DNA from: a virus
Taxonomy: Duplodnaviria > Caudoviricetes
DNA: 64,000 nucleotides
Strand: one strand, 5' to 3'
IMG/VR virus record: IMGVR_UViG_3300027917_000018
Location: 138,976 to 202,975 of that record
Shown: in pieces, positions 47,738-57,686 of the stretch
Numbering within the stretch: the stretch's first letter is position 1
Layout of the letters: every line of letters starts with the position of its first letter
Notes under the pieces: model-generated
Told to the model about the DNA's origin: nothing
The model's input: the letters and a program-made list of their open reading frames with translations, nothing else
Database searches by the model: none
Translations under genes and position numbers: made by a program

Positions 47738-48289
47738 CTACTTCTTCCTGGCTAAGGTTAAGGAGAAAACCTCGCCGACGATTTCCCACGCGGCGGGGTC
47801 ACCGTAAACGTAACGGGCCGCCACCTGGCTAGGCCCTGGGTGGAAGTTGGCCGCGTTGGGCCGTCCCATCCGGCTATCGTGCATTGCCAGCAGTGCGCCC
47901 GATTTGAGAAGCGGCGTCCATTGCTGGTAGTCGCGCTCCACTGCTGTAAAGATGTGGTCGCCGTCAAGGAACAGAAAGTCCAGCGGGCGGTCCCAGGTGA
48001 TCACAACGTTCTGGCTGTAGCCTTCGATCAAGGTAAACCGGCTGTTCCACGGCAAAACGTTTCGCAGCACGCGGTCTTTGTGGCCGATGAGGCTGGCCTC
48101 CATTGAATCCGGGATGAAGGGATCGATGCTGGTTAGACGCAGGTTGGAGCATTCAAGAATGACGCTGGTGCTGAAGCCGTCGAGGCAGCCGATTTCCACG
48201 GCCTCGCCCTCCATTCCGGCCAGGTGTTTACGAAAAAGCTCGGTCTCGGGATCGGCGAGCCCTACGAAGGTGTCAGGTGCAAGTTCCAT
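47738..48289 (-). CDS. class I SAM methyltransferase (Methyltransf_24-like)
   Basis: VEIGCLDGFS, DFLFLDGDH, LLKSGALLAMHD. Confidence 0.85.
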   Translation of the reverse strand: MELAPDTFVGLADPETELFRKHLAGMEGEAVEIGCLDGFSTSVILECSNLRLTSIDPFIPDSMEASLIGHKDRVLRNVLPWNSRFTLIEGYSQNVVITWDRPLDFLFLDGDHIFTAVERDYQQWTPLLKSGALLAMHDSRMGRPNAANFHPGPSQVAARYVYGDPAAWEIVGEVFSLTLARKK

Positions 48290-48307
48290 TTTTAGTTGCA
48301 AGTTTCA

Positions 48308-48898
48308 CTAGGTAACGGTCGGTTCGCCCTGTTGGGACAGGGAGGTTTTGGAGTTTTGACGGTAGTAGCGAAGGACCTTGTCGATGCGGTGCTGGAGCTT
48401 CACCTTGGGCAAAAGCTCGCGGACCCAATACCAGTCGTCGTCGATGTAGCCGTCGGGAAAGGAAGCCTGTACGGCCAAGCCTCGATGCCAGACGCACCAG
48501 TGCCACGGCTTGCGTTTGATGTCCACCCACACGCCATCCTCCTTGTGGACGCCTTCGTTGTCGTACTCGATGCCGGGCCGGACGACGAACGGGTTTTCGC
48601 CGTTGAGGGTGCTTTCCTCGTTGAACACGATCACGTCCGCGTTAGGATTTTCCCTGATGGCCTTAAGAATTTCCCCGATGTAGTCGTCCGAGACCATGTC
48701 ATCGTCATCCATGTGGGTAATGAACCGGCCTTTGGACATGCTGAGCAGCGCCTGGCGCTTGAGCCCTGTGGACCGTTGCCGGTTGTCAGTGAGAACCAGC
48801 AGCTCGACCGGCTCGTCCCCGATTTGAGCGAGCAGCTTATTGAACAGCTCGCTTGGGTCGCGCTCGAAAACAGAAGGGATGAGGATGGAAAGGAGCAT
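48308..48898 (-). CDS. glycosyltransferase family 2
   Basis: LSILIPS, TGLKRQ, GRFITHMDDDD. Confidence 0.85.
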   Translation of the reverse strand: MLLSILIPSVFERDPSELFNKLLAQIGDEPVELLVLTDNRQRSTGLKRQALLSMSKGRFITHMDDDDMVSDDYIGEILKAIRENPNADVIVFNEESTLNGENPFVVRPGIEYDNEGVHKEDGVWVDIKRKPWHWCVWHRGLAVQASFPDGYIDDDWYWVRELLPKVKLQHRIDKVLRYYRQNSKTSLSQQGEPTVT

Positions 48899-48899
48899 A

Positions 48900-49106
48900 T
48901 CAGGGCAGGATGAAAGGCATCGTGTGCCGAATGATAGGCGGCAGATTTTGCTGGATAGCGTCGATTAGCTTAGTTTCCAGGGTAAGTCTACGAGGAATGC
49001 GGCGCAGACCTTTTGCCAAGATGTCCATGTAAACGGCCCCGGCGGTTGTGCTCTCCAGCATGTTCAAGTTTTGCAGGGCTTCCAGTTGGTGCTTCTTGAT
49101 GTTCAT
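48900..49106 (-). CDS. small hypothetical protein
   Basis: Fills the gap in the operon; ATGA overlap. Confidence 0.45.
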   Translation of the reverse strand: MNIKKHQLEALQNLNMLESTTAGAVYMDILAKGLRRIPRRLTLETKLIDAIQQNLPPIIRHTMPFILP

Positions 49107-49822
49107 TTGATCCAGTAGATGGAATCGCCGCCGTCCTTGAGCCCTTTATCGATGAGGATTTCGGGTTCGGGGACTTGTTGGACTTCCTTCAGAAACTGCC
49201 AGAATTCCCGCACAGCCTTTTGGCAGCCGCCAAGGCCCCAATCATCGATGAAGATGATGCCGCCCGGCGACACGCGACTGTACAGGTTTTCCAGGCAGCA
49301 CCAGGTCGATTCGTACAGGTCACCGTCAAGCCGAAGAAAAGCGATCGATTCCAGTGTACAGGATGGAAGCGTGTCTTGGAACCATCCTTTGTGCCACTCG
49401 ATCTTGACCTTAAAATTCCACCGTTTCCACAGGTCCTTGACGGTGTCCAGCGGACAGCCGCTGATGCCGGTCGACGTGAGCCGCGTTTCCAGGGGCAAAT
49501 TCCGATCCATCAAAAAGTGGGCAAGGCCAGGCTGTTGGTCGTCGTGCGGCCCGGCATGAGGGATGCCGTCGAATGAATCGTAGCCGTGCAGCTGGCGGTC
49601 GTAAGCGCCCAGGTCAGCCACTGCCTGGGCCATTGCCCCGAGCTGTGCCCCAGCGGCCACCCCGCATTCGACCAAGTCTCCGGGCACTTTCCGCTCAAGC
49701 AGATAGCGCGTCAGCAGGTAGGTTTGTGCGGTCGATTGGTAGGTGTTAAAGGCGTGTGCGCAGAACATCCTGATGCGGGTCTGCGCGGCCTCCGAAATCT
49801 GCGTAAAGTCACATAGCCCCAT
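49103..49822 (-). CDS. TylF/MycF-family sugar O-methyltransferase
   Basis: GDLVECGV, YDSFDG.P, KGWFQDTLP, LRLDGDLYES, GGIIFIDD. Confidence 0.9.
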   Translation of the reverse strand: MGLCDFTQISEAAQTRIRMFCAHAFNTYQSTAQTYLLTRYLLERKVPGDLVECGVAAGAQLGAMAQAVADLGAYDRQLHGYDSFDGIPHAGPHDDQQPGLAHFLMDRNLPLETRLTSTGISGCPLDTVKDLWKRWNFKVKIEWHKGWFQDTLPSCTLESIAFLRLDGDLYESTWCCLENLYSRVSPGGIIFIDDWGLGGCQKAVREFWQFLKEVQQVPEPEILIDKGLKDGGDSIYWIK

Positions 49823-49823
49823 G

Positions 49824-50546
49824 TCACATTCCTTGCGCCACCATCAGAATGTAGGGGTGGATGTTGTCGAAGTTGGGATTTTGCATGAACGTGGTGTTTT
49901 GCGGATTCGAGTAGTACTGAAAGTAGGTCTCGTGCGCGATCACGGTCTCCATGCCTAGTTGCCAGGCGAGGATGCTGCCGACAGCTTGGTCGTGACGGTG
50001 CCCCTTGACCTTCGGATGCTTGGAAACTTCCTGATTGTTGTTCGTCCAGGAGCCAGGGAAGCTGACGCCGTCGTTGGCCTTCTCGAACCAGCGGTCGAGA
50101 AATACCTGGCACTTAGGTCGGCGCATGTCCCAGCCCATGCAAATGCCCATCAAGTGCGGCGTGATGGCCAGCTGCTCCCGGCACATGCCGAAAGCCTCCA
50201 TACAGGCGTCGCTGGTCCACACATCACACCAGCCATTGTAGAAAAACAGGTGGCCGTGCTTCTCGATGTGCTCAAAGATGCGCTGGACGTTACGGATCGC
50301 CCAAACCGAGGCATCAGCCCACAGGACGATTTCGTAGCCGCGCCTGACCGCTTCCCTGAGCGCATAGGGCTTAAACGCGTAAGGAGCGTCCTGATGGGTT
50401 GGGCAGCCTTCCAGTTCTGACTCGTCGCGCCAGGTCAAGATGTCGTGCGTGAATCCGACCTGCCGCAGCGTGTCGACGAGGCGCTGCTGCCCGGTGGTGT
50501 ACCAGCTGCCCTTGGCGAAGTTTATGACACAGGTTTTTGCGCTCAT
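49824..50546 (-). CDS. putative glycosyltransferase (HRHDQ family), paralog 1
   Basis: PYAFKPYA, VLWADAS, HRHDQAV. Confidence 0.7.
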   Translation of the reverse strand: MSAKTCVINFAKGSWYTTGQQRLVDTLRQVGFTHDILTWRDESELEGCPTHQDAPYAFKPYALREAVRRGYEIVLWADASVWAIRNVQRIFEHIEKHGHLFFYNGWCDVWTSDACMEAFGMCREQLAITPHLMGICMGWDMRRPKCQVFLDRWFEKANDGVSFPGSWTNNNQEVSKHPKVKGHRHDQAVGSILAWQLGMETVIAHETYFQYYSNPQNTTFMQNPNFDNIHPYILMVAQGM

Positions 50547-51043
50547 GCCTTGATAGAACGGTACCAGCACGTGCCCATGACCGAGACCTCCTCGAAATGC
50601 TCGTCAACGGCCTGCTTGACCCCGCAGTCTTCTCCGTAGTCGTGGCCAGCGATCATGCCGCCTGGCCGGATCGTTGGCAGCCAAACGGCGATGTCCGTGC
50701 TGACCCACTTGTAGTCGTGATTGGCGTCGATGAAAACAAAGTCCAGGCTGGCTCTCGGGAACTGGAACGCGGCGTTGATGGATGTCTCCCGGATGATCTT
50801 GGCGTCGGCCTCCACGCCCTCGGAGCGCAGCCGCTTCAGGAAGTGCTGGTAGTGCTCTTCGTTTACGGGAAGGCCAAATTCGGTGTACTCGCTGTCCCAC
50901 AGATCGACGGCGTAAAACTCGAACGGTGTGCCCCTGGCCTTGAGGCGCTTGAGCAGGTAGACATAGGAAGTGCCCGTGTAAACGCCAACTTCCACGAATC
51001 GAGTCCAGCCCTTCTGTTGGGCGACCATGCCGTAAAATGGCAT
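50543..51043 (-). CDS. class I SAM methyltransferase (Methyltransf_24-like)
   Basis: FVEVGVYTG, DFVFIDANHDY, GGMIAGHDY; start uncertain. Confidence 0.85.
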   Translation of the reverse strand: MPFYGMVAQQKGWTRFVEVGVYTGTSYVYLLKRLKARGTPFEFYAVDLWDSEYTEFGLPVNEEHYQHFLKRLRSEGVEADAKIIRETSINAAFQFPRASLDFVFIDANHDYKWVSTDIAVWLPTIRPGGMIAGHDYGEDCGVKQAVDEHFEEVSVMGTCWYRSIKA

Positions 51044-51069
51044 GAAATTGAAAAAGGCGTCCGGGTGGA

Positions 51070-51558
51070 CTACAGGAACGGAAACTTTTCCCTTAGCTCT
51101 TGTAGGCTGAACACCTTGGAGAAGCGCGCCGGGTTGCCCCTCACGCATGTCCGAGGAGGGACATCGCGTGTGGCGACGGAGCCGCATCCGATCATACAAA
51201 ACTCGCCGAGTTCGATCCCACATAGCACGGTGGCGTTCGCGCCGACTGAAGCGCCCCGCCGTAAATAAGTAGGTTCCAGCTTCCAGGGACCGCACGCCCT
51301 CGGGTTCCGGTCGTTTGTAAACACCGCATGCGGCCCGATGAAGCAGTAGTCCTCGACGAACAGCCCCTCGTACAGGCTGACACCGTTCTGGACCCGGACA
51401 TTGTCTCCAATGACGACGTTGCTGGCAACGTAAACGTTTTGGCCGAAGGAACAATTTTGGCCGATCCGTGCTCCCGCGCAGATGTGGCACCAGTGCCAAA
51501 TCTTGGTATTTTCCCCGATAATCGCGCCCTCTTCAACGATGGCTGTGGGGTGGATCAT
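51070..51558 (-). CDS. hexapeptide-repeat N-acyltransferase (sugar acetyltransferase type)
   Basis: [14 protein letters not shown]...QNGVSLYEG...FTND..PR...GNPAR. Confidence 0.9.
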   Translation of the reverse strand: MIHPTAIVEEGAIIGENTKIWHWCHICAGARIGQNCSFGQNVYVASNVVIGDNVRVQNGVSLYEGLFVEDYCFIGPHAVFTNDRNPRACGPWKLEPTYLRRGASVGANATVLCGIELGEFCMIGCGSVATRDVPPRTCVRGNPARFSKVFSLQELREKFPFL

Positions 51559-52361
51559 TGCCATTTGTAAACGGGAATTGCTTCCTTGAGCTTTGCGACG
51601 TGCTGGCTTTGAGGATCGAAAGGCCGGTCGCCGTGCCACTCGCTGTAGCGTCCGGCCCGGATGCCCTCCCAATCAAAGGTGGCCAGCTTATCCTTTCCCC
51701 GGTAGAGCCGGTTTGGATTTAAGTGCTCCCAAAAGAAACGCATCAGGACCACGTCGGTATGCGGTGATAGCGCCCGGCGGCGCAGGATGTCGGAGGAGTA
51801 TTCTTCGTCGAGTCCCCAAAAGACGTTGGAAGTCTTGAAGTCGTTCCGACGGTTGAAGACTTTGACAACCTCCTCGTCCCACGATCCGTTTAGGCCAAAA
51901 ACCTCTTTGAATTTAGTCCCGGTGGCGACGTGGTGGCTGCTTGGGAACGTCGCCCTGGGATCGCTGGGATTCGGGTAGTAGGCGTCGGCCAGGCCGACGG
52001 TGTACTTCGATCGGACTTCGTTCGTGCGGAAGCTGTCGAAGAAAGCGCCGTTCAGCGGAACCTGGTCGATGCCGCTGAGCATGCAGAGGTCTTGTGGAAA
52101 CAACGTGGCCCCATAGAAAAGCGCCCATGTACAGGCCCATTCCTGCTGCCGGTCGACGGTTACCGAGTCGACGCGATGGAGCCGGTGAATTTCGCCGAAC
52201 TGTGCTGAGAGCCGACAGTCTTCCAGTTCCTTCTCCGATCCGTAGAAGATCAAGGTGGGAAGGATGTCGTATTTCGTCCGCCAAACCTCGGACACGAAGT
52301 TCCAATAAGCGGTATAGAGCGGGTTCGCCGTGAGTGTCAGGATAACGCGATCAATCTTCAT
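51555..52361 (-). CDS. putative glycosyltransferase-like protein
   Basis: Located in the glycan cluster; SGID, WGLDEEY, HGDRP. Confidence 0.5.
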   Translation of the reverse strand: MKIDRVILTLTANPLYTAYWNFVSEVWRTKYDILPTLIFYGSEKELEDCRLSAQFGEIHRLHRVDSVTVDRQQEWACTWALFYGATLFPQDLCMLSGIDQVPLNGAFFDSFRTNEVRSKYTVGLADAYYPNPSDPRATFPSSHHVATGTKFKEVFGLNGSWDEEVVKVFNRRNDFKTSNVFWGLDEEYSSDILRRRALSPHTDVVLMRFFWEHLNPNRLYRGKDKLATFDWEGIRAGRYSEWHGDRPFDPQSQHVAKLKEAIPVYKWQ

Positions 52362-53088
52362 TGTAGCGGTCGATCAGGCTTTTCCAAGTCGGCGAGTAGA
52401 CCTGGTCGACCACGCGAGGCTCGCCCTCCAGGGCAAAACCACAATGATCGCAGTGTGAATAGAGCGTTTTGAGCCGCTCAGCCGTTATGTCTTGGACGTG
52501 CTTGACTGGGGCGTCGTAGCCGAACACGCGGGCCGCCGCTGCCGCCGGGGCGCAAGGCCAAAAACCTTGTTTATTGAGTGCGATGCCGCAGTCCTGGGCG
52601 ATGTAGCAGCCGGATGGTGCGGGCACCCCGAGGTCCTTCGGGCTCTTGTTTACGGGCACGTAGGGGAGCGGCACGAGCTTTCCCTTGTCGTCGGGAGCGG
52701 CGTTGGTGCCGATTTTGACCGAAACCAAGTCGGTAAAACCATGCTCCATTGCGAACCTGACCAGCTCCGGTGAGCGCCCGTTGGAGACCACCGACAGCCG
52801 CGTGCCGGGGCTGCTGGCGTTTCTCCAGGCGGCCAGCGCCGTGACGATTTCCTTGTACTGCGGGTGCAAAGTCGGCTCGCCGCCGTGGAGCTTGACCCAC
52901 GACCACCGGTAGTTGGCCTGGACAGTTTCGTGGATGAACCTGGTGATGTCGTCCAGATTCATGTCCTCGGTCTTTCGGTCTTTGGGAGGGGCTTGCGGGC
53001 TTAGAGCGCAGCAGTTTGCGCAGGCGACGTTGCAAAGGTACGTCAGCGCGACTTCAAGGTACTCCAGATTTGGCTCAAATGCCTGCAT
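52351..53088 (-). CDS. radical SAM protein
   Basis: CNVACANC, LHGGEPTLHP, SNG, C-terminal C...CG...PC...CxxC. Confidence 0.9.
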   Translation of the reverse strand: MQAFEPNLEYLEVALTYLCNVACANCCALSPQAPPKDRKTEDMNLDDITRFIHETVQANYRWSWVKLHGGEPTLHPQYKEIVTALAAWRNASSPGTRLSVVSNGRSPELVRFAMEHGFTDLVSVKIGTNAAPDDKGKLVPLPYVPVNKSPKDLGVPAPSGCYIAQDCGIALNKQGFWPCAPAAAAARVFGYDAPVKHVQDITAERLKTLYSHCDHCGFALEGEPRVVDQVYSPTWKSLIDRYNED

Positions 53089-53093
53089 ATAGA

Positions 53094-53792
53094 TTATCTA
53101 CCCCAGGCGAAAGGTCCGTGGTGCCCTGTTGCCGCATGTTCGTCGTAGCCTTTGGGCACCGCGCCGGAGCTGTTGGTTCCTTCGGCTCCGATGTTGCGAG
53201 CCCGGTTTAGCCGTGGCCGCCACATTTCCAGCTCCATGTCGCCGATCAGTTGGCCAAGGGTCCAGTCCCACTCATCCGGTCTCCAGGTCGTTTCCCACCA
53301 GTACCGGGCGTAGAATCGGTGCCACTGCTCCGGGGTGCAGCAAAATCCGCAGCCGAGCAGGCCCTGGGCTTGGCCATCCAGGTAAACCTCACTAGGCTTT
53401 GAGGGATCGCTGTCCATGCTGTTCAGAGCCAAGCCGACCGCCTTTGGCGTATGCAGTGCGGTTCGTGTCAGGTAATCCGAGCACAGCGCGAGCGCGTCCG
53501 GCGAAAGAAGCACGTCGTCCTCCAGGTAAAGGACCCCGCTGGGCCAGCGGCTGAACGCTTCGGCCAATAGACAGTAAGCATTCCGGCGAAGTCCAAAGGG
53601 CCGCGTGTTGACTGTGGCCGTGAACTCGTGCGCGAAAGAGCCTATCAGCTCCTTGACCTCCGGGTCGTAGCCGTGCTCCAGGCGGACTAGAACTTCCCAG
53701 TCAGGGGCAGCGTCTATGGCGGCTGAAAGGTGCTTCAGCGTGTTTTCCAGATAGCGCGGTCGGTTATAGGCAAGCAGAGCGACCGTGTTCAT
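53094..53792 (-). CDS. glycosyltransferase (GT-A fold)
   Basis: LAYNRP, LYLEDD, EWDW, RARNIG. Confidence 0.8.
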   Translation of the reverse strand: MNTVALLAYNRPRYLENTLKHLSAAIDAAPDWEVLVRLEHGYDPEVKELIGSFAHEFTATVNTRPFGLRRNAYCLLAEAFSRWPSGVLYLEDDVLLSPDALALCSDYLTRTALHTPKAVGLALNSMDSDPSKPSEVYLDGQAQGLLGCGFCCTPEQWHRFYARYWWETTWRPDEWDWTLGQLIGDMELEMWRPRLNRARNIGAEGTNSSGAVPKGYDEHAATGHHGPFAWGR

Positions 53793-54475
53793 GCTGGGTT
53801 GATGTTGAAGACCGCCGTTTCGGGCATCTCCATTGTGTTGAGGTAGGCAATATAGGTCCGAAATGGGTGGCTGGGCCATTTCTGCTGCCAAACCAGCCCT
53901 GAGAGTACGGACTGATCATGCCGGTGCCCCAGCACGCGAAGGTCAGAGCTGACTTGCTGCCGATCGTTTACCCACGCTCCCTGGAAGCTCGTGCCGTCAT
54001 TGGCTCGTTGCATCCAGTCCGAAAGGAGCTGGCGGGCGCGCTGGTTGGTAAAGTCAAATCCTACGCATCCAGCGATCAAGCAGGGAATACCGAAGGCAAC
54101 TTCACGGTCGATGCCAAGGTTAGCCAGGCAAATGTCGCTGGACCAGGCACCGAGCGAGTGCTTTGGCTCAAGTTGCTCCAGAAACACGCCGTCTTTTTGA
54201 ATCAGGTTCCATACTGGCTCCATCGACTTGATGGGGTAGACGCTGGCGTCGCAGTAAATCGCCATGTCGTAACCGTGCATCATCGCGTTCCAAAGCGCGT
54301 AGACCTTGAATCCGTACGGAATCTTGTCGTGGGGCGGTGCGCCGACAGCCTCAAAGGTGGTGTAGCAAAGGAAGTCGCTTTCCGGGCTGTGTTGGCCAAC
54401 CAAAACCTTCAGCCTGTCCTGGCCGCGTCGGTACCATCCGGCCTCGTTGGCGAAGTTGACTATGACCGTTCTCAT
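53789..54475 (-). CDS. putative glycosyltransferase (HRHDQ family), paralog 2
   Basis: PYGFKVYA, IYCDAS, HRHDQSV. Confidence 0.7.
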   Translation of the reverse strand: MRTVIVNFANEAGWYRRGQDRLKVLVGQHSPESDFLCYTTFEAVGAPPHDKIPYGFKVYALWNAMMHGYDMAIYCDASVYPIKSMEPVWNLIQKDGVFLEQLEPKHSLGAWSSDICLANLGIDREVAFGIPCLIAGCVGFDFTNQRARQLLSDWMQRANDGTSFQGAWVNDRQQVSSDLRVLGHRHDQSVLSGLVWQQKWPSHPFRTYIAYLNTMEMPETAVFNINPA

Positions 54476-55098
54476 CGAGCGATTATCAGGTTTTCGTTGT
54501 TGTGCCAGACGTGTTTGAAACCGAATTCTCCGGCCCGTTGGAGAATCTCGTCTCCACGGTTGTCGTGTTCGACGCACACGCAGCGCAGGTCGTCCAAGCG
54601 GTGGAACGGCAGTAGCATGAAAAGTTTGGCGCTTGTTGCCTCGGCGTCGAGATTGATGAACTCAAAGTTGTAGCCCAGGCGGTCAAACAGGGTGGCCGGG
54701 CTTATGGCCCAAGTGTTGAAGGCTCGGTAGGGCACGTTGAAGCCCGCTTTCCAGCGCTGAACGTGGGCCATGTCGGTCGACGAAACGGCGTCGCCGCCGC
54801 TGTCGTGGAATTCGACCCAGCCGTCGTAGAGGCCCACCACGGCCTGGACCAGCAGAACCTTCGGGTTGTCGCGGTAATGGTCGATGAGCTGCTTGAATGG
54901 GCCTGGCGAAGGCTCGACGAGGACGCCTTCCCATCCCGCGTCGAGCAGGGCGCGGGTGTTGCTGAATGTATCCGGCACCCAAGCTCCTATGTCCAGCAGC
55001 CGCCGCGTGGGTCCTGTGCTGCCAGGCTTTCCTGCTCCGAGCGTTTTGAGGATAATCTCTTGCTCCCCGTGTTGGCTGTAGTCGCGCTGTTGGTCCAT
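54472..55098 (-). CDS. FkbM-family methyltransferase
   Basis: YSQHGEQ, LDIGA, SNTRAL, GWEGVLVEP, INLDAE. Confidence 0.88.
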   Translation of the reverse strand: MDQQRDYSQHGEQEIILKTLGAGKPGSTGPTRRLLDIGAWVPDTFSNTRALLDAGWEGVLVEPSPGPFKQLIDHYRDNPKVLLVQAVVGLYDGWVEFHDSGGDAVSSTDMAHVQRWKAGFNVPYRAFNTWAISPATLFDRLGYNFEFINLDAEATSAKLFMLLPFHRLDDLRCVCVEHDNRGDEILQRAGEFGFKHVWHNNENLIIAR

Positions 55099-55204
55099 GC
55101 CCCTATAGAACCAGGAATTGTGCTTAAAAACCTTGTAGACGGGTGAATCAAAAGCGTTTACGTTTCTGATGCCCGCCGTTCCTCAATCTGTCATAGCTGG
55201 CGGG

Positions 55205-55238
55205 TGAAGCCCGGTTGGCCTCGGCTGGCCGGGCTTCA
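55205..55238 (-). terminator. hairpin at the dnaB stop
   Basis: tgaagcccgg/ccgggcttca 10-bp inverted repeat overlapping the TGA. Confidence 0.5.
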
Positions 55239-56693
55239 TGCGTGTGGGTCCTCGGTCATCTTGCTCGACGGTGCTCCTTTTTGGCGATTGCTGGACCACG
55301 TTTTATGGGAGACTTCTTCCTCGTACTCCTTCATGGCTGCGGCATAGCTCATAGTTTCATCGAGGGTCATCCTCATCGTCTTCTTGGTGACCTGCCCCAG
55401 GTAGTAGCCGCAGGGCTCGCCGTGGCGGTTGAGGAAGATGAAGTAACGGATCGGCACCACAGCCTTGTTCTCTGCTTCGGCCCGCTCCTCGTCGCTCTGG
55501 CAGAGCCCGATGGCCACGTCCACGACACCGGCCTTCTCGAAACTTCCTTGAAACGATTTCATGCTGGGCAGCTTGCCGACGGTGTCCCGGTTGCACCGGT
55601 CGGGCATGACCACCGTCGCATTCAGCTCCGCTCCCAGTGCTCGCGCCTCGGCGTAAATGTCGGCCTGCTGCCGCCAGTCGCTGGCCCGTTCGGACCGCTT
55701 GCTGGTTCGGACGGTCTCGGCATGGTCGATGAAGATGACCCGTGGGTGGAAATCGTAATACTCCACGGCCTGGAGCGCGTGCGCCCGGATGTCGGCGATC
55801 GTCGCCTCCTTGGCGGCGAAGCCTTTGGCCAGGATCGCGCCGCCACCCCGTTTCCAGCGCTTGGCGAGCGCCTTTTCGGTTTGGGCGATGAACTTCTTGG
55901 GCTCCCGGTACATCAGCGACATCTCCTGTCCGCTGGCCGCACAGTAGGCCCTGGCCAACGTCAGCTGGGCGCTGATTTCGCAGGCGTAGTAAAGCACGTC
56001 GACCGGCTGCTCGTTGGCGCGGTCCGCCCCGCCCTCGGTCATATTGAGCGCGAGGTTGGTGCAGAACGTCGATTTATACGATTTGGGCGGGGCCAGCGGC
56101 ACCACCAGCCAGCCAGGTCCCCATCCGTTGTACCAGTTCTCGTCCAGCTTTTGCCAGCCGGTCTTGACACCGAAGTAGGAGCTGGTCAGCTCGGTGACGA
56201 CTTTCTCCACGTCGTCCGAAAACGAGAATCCGAGGTCCTCGACATTGTGGCCGATACGCACGGCCTGGTCAAAGACCGGGGCGAATCCACCGTCCGGCCA
56301 CTTGCCGGTCTTGATGGCCTCCCAGGATTCCTTGATGGCGTTCATCAGCGCCCGCTCCCGGCAGAAATGGACGACGCGGTCGCGGATGTAGGGAACATTG
56401 CGGACGGTTAGCTTGCTCAGCTTCTTGACGTACTCCAGGACCTCCTTGGCCTTCTGCTTGTCCTCGGGCGGGAACCGGTCGTCGACGTACTGCCCCAGTT
56501 CGATGAAGGTGGGGAACTTTCTCCACTTGGCGTGGAAGTCCTTGAGCTGCTCCATCGCAACGAATGCTTCTAGGCCGAAGAAGTACTCGGGCTGGAGCAA
56601 TTCATGGACGGCGGCAAACTCGCTCGGTTTACGGCACAGCGCTGCCAGGATCAAATCCTGAAAGTCATTCGTGTAGTAGTACGATTCGTTCAT
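55236..56693 (-). CDS. DnaB-like replicative helicase
   Basis: N-terminal FQDLIL, Walker A APPKSYKS, YYACEIS, IFIDHAE, K.RHG-like FLNRHG. Confidence 0.88.
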   Translation of the reverse strand: MNESYYYTNDFQDLILAALCRKPSEFAAVHELLQPEYFFGLEAFVAMEQLKDFHAKWRKFPTFIELGQYVDDRFPPEDKQKAKEVLEYVKKLSKLTVRNVPYIRDRVVHFCRERALMNAIKESWEAIKTGKWPDGGFAPVFDQAVRIGHNVEDLGFSFSDDVEKVVTELTSSYFGVKTGWQKLDENWYNGWGPGWLVVPLAPPKSYKSTFCTNLALNMTEGGADRANEQPVDVLYYACEISAQLTLARAYCAASGQEMSLMYREPKKFIAQTEKALAKRWKRGGGAILAKGFAAKEATIADIRAHALQAVEYYDFHPRVIFIDHAETVRTSKRSERASDWRQQADIYAEARALGAELNATVVMPDRCNRDTVGKLPSMKSFQGSFEKAGVVDVAIGLCQSDEERAEAENKAVVPIRYFIFLNRHGEPCGYYLGQVTKKTMRMTLDETMSYAAAMKEYEEEVSHKTWSSNRQKGAPSSKMTEDPHA

Positions 56694-56732
56694 GGCAGAG
56701 GGTGAGAACCTCCAAAGTTGGTCGAAATTCGT

Positions 56733-57686
56733 TTATTTTTCTCGGCTCGTGTAAACCTGAAAAACTTCGCGGTGTTGAATGGCCAGGCCAATCCAGTACC
56801 ACATCTTAAGTGGGTCGGTTACGGTGTCCTGCTTGAGCAGTAAGTCATCAGCGCTGAGCCGATATTTGTAGAGCACGCTGTCCACCGCTTCAGCCATGAT
56901 CGTCTCCCTGGCGTGGAAGCTGGCCAGCGCGATTTTGGGCCGCCGCTTCATCTGCTTGAAGGCTCCAGCTACTTCGTACAGCAGCTCGTTGACGCCCTGC
57001 CGCCCACACAGGCGGCGGCTCCTGTCGAGGATTCGACTTTCGTAATGAGGCTCAATCGCCAGCCAACTGCTGTCCAAGTTGAGCTGCTCGGCCTCAAAGA
57101 AAGGCTCAAACGGTGTCCCCTCGTTTTCGAGTTTGAACTGAATGATCCAGTGGCCCGCGATCTTTTCACAGCGGAGCATGCGACGCTTCAGATCGTAAGC
57201 GCTGTCCTGGCGGCCCGTTATTTTGTCGAGGGCCACCACGTCAAGCGATCCGTAAGTTGTGCGGCAGGCGTCAACCCACACACGGACCCTCTTCGGGGCC
57301 ATGCGCAGTAGGTGCGTGAGCGTAAACGCCTGATCCGGCCAGGTCATTGCATGCCCAGCCATTGCCACCAGGATGAATTGTTCGGGCTTGAGTTTGAGCT
57401 TTTTAGCCGCCCGTTTCAGTTCATGTTCCTGGCGCTGAAGCCCGACGCTGCCGGGGTCTGTGCCGAAAACCTGCAAATGCGCTGCCCGGTAAACGGTGTC
57501 CAAGTCGATGTCGTTTTCGAGGCTTCGGTTTTGGCGCATCAAGGCCGCAGGTGTGATCCGATAGCTGACTTTGGATAATGGCGTTCTCCCATCTCGGATG
57601 CCCATATACACGGCACAGGCGTCGAAGTGGGGACATTCAAGGCAAGCGCGGCTTTTCGGATCGCGGTCGAGTCCGAAGCACAGCAT
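56733..57686 (-). CDS. replication-associated hypothetical protein
   Basis: Start MLCFG...CLECPHFDAC, divergent from pol; the longer track ORF is antisense to pol. Confidence 0.55.
   Translation of the reverse strand: MLCFGLDRDPKSRACLECPHFDACAVYMGIRDGRTPLSKVSYRITPAALMRQNRSLENDIDLDTVYRAAHLQVFGTDPGSVGLQRQEHELKRAAKKLKLKPEQFILVAMAGHAMTWPDQAFTLTHLLRMAPKRVRVWVDACRTTYGSLDVVALDKITGRQDSAYDLKRRMLRCEKIAGHWIIQFKLENEGTPFEPFFEAEQLNLDSSWLAIEPHYESRILDRSRRLCGRQGVNELLYEVAGAFKQMKRRPKIALASFHARETIMAEAVDSVLYKYRLSADDLLLKQDTVTDPLKMWYWIGLAIQHREVFQVYTSREK

Noticed and set aside
55099-55194. ATG-ACA-GAT-TGA followed by an open frame into the FkbM gene
   Set aside because: The stop is TGA (not read by UUA), the extension has no recognisable motif, and the GTTCT motif supports the 55098 start.
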